Assembly: GCA_031285625.1 (NCBI GenBank)
Contig: JAITVV010000092.1
Location: forward strand, 32,001-96,000
DNA from: Prevotella sp.
Lineage (GTDB): Bacteria; Bacteroidota; Bacteroidia; Bacteroidales; Dysgonomonadaceae
Length of the DNA: 64,000 nucleotides
Direction: 5' to 3'
Part shown: in pieces, positions 59,873 to 64,000 of the stretch
Position numbering within the stretch: the first letter of the stretch is position 1
Layout: each line of letters begins with the position of its first letter
Position numbers and translations under genes: made by a program
Notes under the pieces: model-generated
Databases searched by the model: none
What the model was told of the DNA's origin: nothing
What the model saw: only the letters and a program-made list of their open reading frames with translations

Positions 59873-62800
59873 ATGAAAAAACTATATATATTATTATTGT
59901 TGCTATCCTTGGCAGGCATACAAAATATGTTTGCCCAGAGAGAAGTAAACAATTGGTTCTTCGGAAAGAACGCAGGGCTCACATGGAACACTATACAGGA
60001 TTTCAGTGCCACAGGGCTATTCGGAACGCCCAACACTACACTAAAGAGAATACCCACCGAACTGACAGGTTCACCTATGAACACACACGAAGGTTGTTTC
60101 ACCCTATCCGATTCGGATGGGCGTTTATTAGCCTTTTCGGATGGTATAACCCTTTACAATAGGAATTATGAAGTAATTACCAGTGGTCTGGGGGGGCATG
60201 CATCATCAGCTCAGTCCGGCATTATAATACCTTATCCCGGACATCTTAACAAAGCTGTTGTAATTTCACTAGGAGCCGAAGGGGCTAATAACTTAGGCTT
60301 CAACATCCTGAATATGTCACTCAATAACGGTTTAGGTGGAATGGAAGGAACCAGGGTGCTATTTACAGGAATACCGGCAGGAAGTAAAACTAGTGAAAAC
60401 GTAACATCTGTACGGCATGCCAATAAAAAAGACTATTGGATTGTAGCCACATCAAAAATCACATCAGGCAAGACTTACCTGAATGCATGGCTGGTAACCT
60501 CATCCGGAGTACAATCCGGTAATGCTGTTACATATGAAATTCCCGGATTAACAACAAATGCCGAAAGCTCCCAGGGATATCTGAAATTTTCGCCCGATGG
60601 TAAGCATTTTGCATGGGGCACATGGGAAGGAAAGCTTGTATATGGAGACTTTAACAGTTCCACAGGAGCATTCAGTAATGCCAGATATATAGATACAAAT
60701 TATACAAGGGATTTTTATGGAGTAGAATTCTCCTTGTCAGGCAAATACCTGTACACTACCGGAAGTGAGCAGTACAGCCCCCAGATAAATGGGATTAAGG
60801 TCTGGGATTTTGATGAATTACTTGCTACGGCTTCACCTACCCCGGCACTTGCGAAAAAAAATTTCCATTTCGATGAATATACTCAGCTGGGAGCTTTGCA
60901 GATGGCACCAGACGGACGCATATACATCCCGGCAAACATTTTTCAACCATGTATATTTGTGATCGACAATCCGGAAGAAGATCCGAATTCTCTCAGACTA
61001 TATAAACTGGATAACTTATTCTCTGCGGGTGCTTATCCAAACATAGGGCTTCCTTCATTTGTAGCATCCTGGTTCAGCACCAATATTATCGGCACGAATG
61101 AATTCTGTATGGATACAGATCAATATTTCGAATACAGGGGTAAGATAGACAACATATATATAAATACTCTAAAAAATACGGTCTGGGACTATGGAGATGG
61201 GATAACAGAAACAAAACCGTTGATTATATCCGGTTCTAATGTATTCTTTGCCTCAACTACTCATCGCTACAAAAACAGGGGAGAGTATACTATCCTGGTA
61301 AAAGTATTAGATACCGATGACGATGAGATAAGGGATTTGGAGCAAACACTACATATCAAAGTCAATAGCTGTGCAATCCCTGTGAATCATATAACCACTC
61401 ATCTGAATAATACTGCATCCAGACCGGGATGTACACTGCCTGCTCCTCCTACAATTACATTTAATCCAAGCCCGGTCAATATAACAGAAGGGGATACATT
61501 CACAGCAACTATAACATCTAAAGCCGGAGAAACTTATGCATGGTCAATTTCGAACTCTGTCACTAACGGATTATCGATCGAAGGTACAACCAAAGGAAAC
61601 TCTATTACAATAAGAAGTTCCATTGCCGGAACATTCAATGCAAATAATATAAAAGTGACTGCGACCAACTCCTGCGGTTCTACAAATGGGTATGGCAGCG
61701 GTAATATCGTTGTAAACGGAGCATGTCTGGTACCGGTAACTCCGGTTATTGTTCTCAATCCTAGCCCTACGAAAGTAAACAGGAACGAAACATTCACAGC
61801 CAGCATATCATCTCCTGAAAGCGGAGTATCCTATAGTTGGAGTATCTCAGACGCTACTAATAACGGACTAACAATCCCTGGCACTATTACAGGAAATTCG
61901 ATTACCATAAAAGCGACAAAGAGCGGTTCATTCGATGCCAGTGCGATTAATGTTATAGCCACCAACAGTTGCGGTAACACACCGGGACTAGGCTCAGGGA
62001 CTATCACAGTTAATAACTGTGAAGCCGCTCCTGACCCAACTATAGCATTCAGTCCAAGCCCTGTCGTTATTAATCAGAATGGTACATTCACAGCTACTGT
62101 ATCGGTATCAGACCCTACCGGAGTAACCTATAAATGGGCTATTTCACCGGCCGGACAAGCGCAGGGATTATCTATCGACGCTTCTACACCGGACACAGGT
62201 ACTTTCATTACAATAAAAGGGGCCACAGTAGGAACAATCGATGCAAATGTGATTTCCGTTACTGCAACAAATCAATGTGGAACAGGAACAGCTACAGGTA
62301 GTGGAAATATTACAGTAAACGACTGTTCACCTGTAAGCAGGACTATTACCTTCACTCCTAGCCCGGTAGTCATTGATATTAATAATACATTTATTGCAAG
62401 CATATCTGTTTTACCTGGTGAAACAGTCTTATGGTCAACTGGCAATTCTGCAACTAATGGCTTATTAATACAAGGTAGCAATAATGCCTCTTATGTAACT
62501 ATCAAAGGAACTAAGTCCGGCTCATTCAATGCCAGCGATATAAAGGCAACTATAACCAACTCATGTGGTTATACGGAAGTAATGGGTACAGGTACTATAA
62601 CTGTCAACAATTGTGTAGTTCCTAATCCGACTATTACATTCAGTCCTAGCCCTGTAGTAATTGAGAGCAACAATAATTTTACAGCTACTGCATCGGTATC
62701 AGACCCTACAGGTGTTACTTATAAATGGACTATTTCCACCGAAGGTATATCCAAGGGATTATCTATAGTAGGCTCAGATACACAAGCCTCTGTTGCAATA

Positions 62801-63661
62801 AAGGGAGGAACAGCAGATATTATCAATGCTAATGTAATTTCTGTTACTGCCACTAACAGTTGTGGTTCAAAGACAACTACAGGTTCTGGCAATATAACTG
62901 TGAAGGCGCCATTCTCATTGATATGTAACGATGTATATGCTACGGGATACATAAATTATGATATGGGTACAGAGGTTATCCAGATACCTTATACAATGAC
63001 CAGTGGCTCATCTTATAAATTACTAGCTGCTGAGATTGGAACACATAGTGGTATAACAGCCAGAGTAGAGGAACAAACACTGGATAAACAAACCGGAGGC
63101 TATATCGAAGTTAAGTTCTCAGGTTCTACAAGTTCACGTCTGGATAAGGTTGAATTCTCGATAAAAATTGGCGGCAATGTATGTAGCATCTATCTGTCAA
63201 CCATTACGCCTCCTAAAGACTGTGAGAATGGAACTTCCGGTAAAGCTTTCGTCTTCGAACAAAACTCTAAATGGTATGTTGTAGCTATAAGAGGAAAAAT
63301 GTATGGAGAATTTGCGGTTGCCGAAACCATTGAATGTAATAGTGAAGAAGAAGCACTTAGACACCCGGAAGCACTCCAATATTGTGGAGATAAAGACGAG
63401 CCCAGATGTATAAAACTATTTAACAGAAACGGAACGCATGTAGGGTCTGTATATGTATCCGGAACTACTGAGGGCTGGACAGACAAAATTACTTTTGGAA
63501 ATATGGGATGTTGGGAATCTATCAGAGCATATGCAGGCAGCAGGATAGAAGCTACCAAATATGTAAGCGGATATTTTGGAGCATACAAGGTAGTTGGCGG
63601 AGTAGGCTATCTGGGTATAACCAGTGATATAGCAACACTAACAACCAAATCTCTGAGATAA
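59873..63661 (+). CDS. Secreted adhesin-like protein B2: beta-propeller, PKD, five Cys-bracketed Ig-like repeats and C-terminal domains
   Basis: Paralogous to B1 over the propeller. PKD WDYGDG...HRY..RGEYTI, an internal CAIPVNH motif, then five ~98-aa repeats. Confidence 0.88.
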   Translation: MKKLYILLLLLSLAGIQNMFAQREVNNWFFGKNAGLTWNTIQDFSATGLFGTPNTTLKRIPTELTGSPMNTHEGCFTLSDSDGRLLAFSDGITLYNRNYEVITSGLGGHASSAQSGIIIPYPGHLNKAVVISLGAEGANNLGFNILNMSLNNGLGGMEGTRVLFTGIPAGSKTSENVTSVRHANKKDYWIVATSKITSGKTYLNAWLVTSSGVQSGNAVTYEIPGLTTNAESSQGYLKFSPDGKHFAWGTWEGKLVYGDFNSSTGAFSNARYIDTNYTRDFYGVEFSLSGKYLYTTGSEQYSPQINGIKVWDFDELLATASPTPALAKKNFHFDEYTQLGALQMAPDGRIYIPANIFQPCIFVIDNPEEDPNSLRLYKLDNLFSAGAYPNIGLPSFVASWFSTNIIGTNEFCMDTDQYFEYRGKIDNIYINTLKNTVWDYGDGITETKPLIISGSNVFFASTTHRYKNRGEYTILVKVLDTDDDEIRDLEQTLHIKVNSCAIPVNHITTHLNNTASRPGCTLPAPPTITFNPSPVNITEGDTFTATITSKAGETYAWSISNSVTNGLSIEGTTKGNSITIRSSIAGTFNANNIKVTATNSCGSTNGYGSGNIVVNGACLVPVTPVIVLNPSPTKVNRNETFTASISSPESGVSYSWSISDATNNGLTIPGTITGNSITIKATKSGSFDASAINVIATNSCGNTPGLGSGTITVNNCEAAPDPTIAFSPSPVVINQNGTFTATVSVSDPTGVTYKWAISPAGQAQGLSIDASTPDTGTFITIKGATVGTIDANVISVTATNQCGTGTATGSGNITVNDCSPVSRTITFTPSPVVIDINNTFIASISVLPGETVLWSTGNSATNGLLIQGSNNASYVTIKGTKSGSFNASDIKATITNSCGYTEVMGTGTITVNNCVVPNPTITFSPSPVVIESNNNFTATASVSDPTGVTYKWTISTEGISKGLSIVGSDTQASVAIKGGTADIINANVISVTATNSCGSKTTTGSGNITVKAPFSLICNDVYATGYINYDMGTEVIQIPYTMTSGSSYKLLAAEIGTHSGITARVEEQTLDKQTGGYIEVKFSGSTSSRLDKVEFSIKIGGNVCSIYLSTITPPKDCENGTSGKAFVFEQNSKWYVVAIRGKMYGEFAVAETIECNSEEEALRHPEALQYCGDKDEPRCIKLFNRNGTHVGSVYVSGTTEGWTDKITFGNMGCWESIRAYAGSRIEATKYVSGYFGAYKVVGGVGYLGITSDIATLTTKSLR
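61430..62905 (+). repeat. Five tandem ~96-102-aa coding repeats
   Basis: Units begin at Cys codons 61430, 61724, 62018, 62324 and 62612. Consensus PTITF.PSPV.I...TFTA...W.IS...GL.I...ITIK...VTATNSCG...GSG.ITV. Confidence 0.9.
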
Positions 63662-63695
63662 TACAAGAATTTTTGAATAAGTATTACTTAATTTC

Positions 63696-63734
63696 ATGTG
63701 GAGGACTACGATTTGTAATCCTCCACATTTTTTT
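63696..63734 (+). terminator. Intrinsic terminator closing the A-B-A-B operon
   Basis: atgtggagga...tcctccacat hairpin followed by a T run. Confidence 0.88.
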
Positions 63735-63793
63735 ATAAATTATAAATTATCAATCCAATACTAATATCTTCTATTTATTTACTTTTATGTTAT

Positions 63794-63801
63794 TACCTTT
63801 G
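63794..63801 (+). promoter_or_regulatory. Bacteroidetes -7 element
   Basis: TACCTTTG upstream of the RluA gene. Confidence 0.55.
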
Positions 63802-63844
63802 TTCGCATTATATTTGAGTTATATATTATCATATTTACGTTAAA

Positions 63845-64000
63845 ATGACCGTATTATACGAAGACAACCATATCATTATTGTCAACAAGACTGTTTCGGA
63901 GATTGTACAGGGAGATAAAACCGGAGATAAGCCCCTCTCAGAAATTGTGAAAGAATACCTCAAGGAGAAATACAATAAACCCGGAAATGTATTCTGTGGT
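63845..64000 (+). CDS. RluA family pseudouridine synthase, 3'-truncated by the window
   Basis: Not in the ORF track. Translates as MTVLYEDNHIIIVNKTVSEIVQGDKTGDKPLSEIVKEYLKEKYNKPGNVFCG. Confidence 0.88.
   Translation, partial: MTVLYEDNHIIIVNKTVSEIVQGDKTGDKPLSEIVKEYLKEKYNKPGNVFCG

Noticed and set aside
56168-63661. Prophage tail module or type V pilus locus
   Set aside because: All four proteins have SPI-type signal peptides, there are no phage genes, and the lipoprotein prepilin signals of type V pili are absent.

Overview
AT-rich Bacteroidales chromosome segment. TAnnTTTG promoters, AQ-type signal peptides and gene content suggest Dysgonomonas, but the genus is an inference. Most of the window is housekeeping or metabolic: a flippase and DPP7, a 7-gene MoxR/DUF58/SpoIIM/RDD cluster, a radical SAM/lipoprotein pair, a GH57-GT4-debranching glycogen operon, lgt, fprA, tsaD, gldB-like, dnaB, secDF, an acyl-CoA synthetase, two RluA synthases, a cobalamin-riboswitch btuB-G-F operon, a biotin carboxylase trio and a succinate CoA-transferase. 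The most unusual part is 52.3-63.7 kb. Three tandem paralogous HTH regulators face away from an A-B-A'-B' array of secreted proteins. The B proteins look like T9SS adhesin cargo (beta-propeller/PKD/Ig) but lack a recognisable CTD and share a short CxxPVN(P/H) motif. Other notable items are heptamer-repeat arrays inside the B12 riboswitch, a G-U-rich leader hairpin before secDF and two single-base frameshifted genes. I saw no rRNA, tRNA, CRISPR array or transposase. All family calls come from motif recognition, with no database search.
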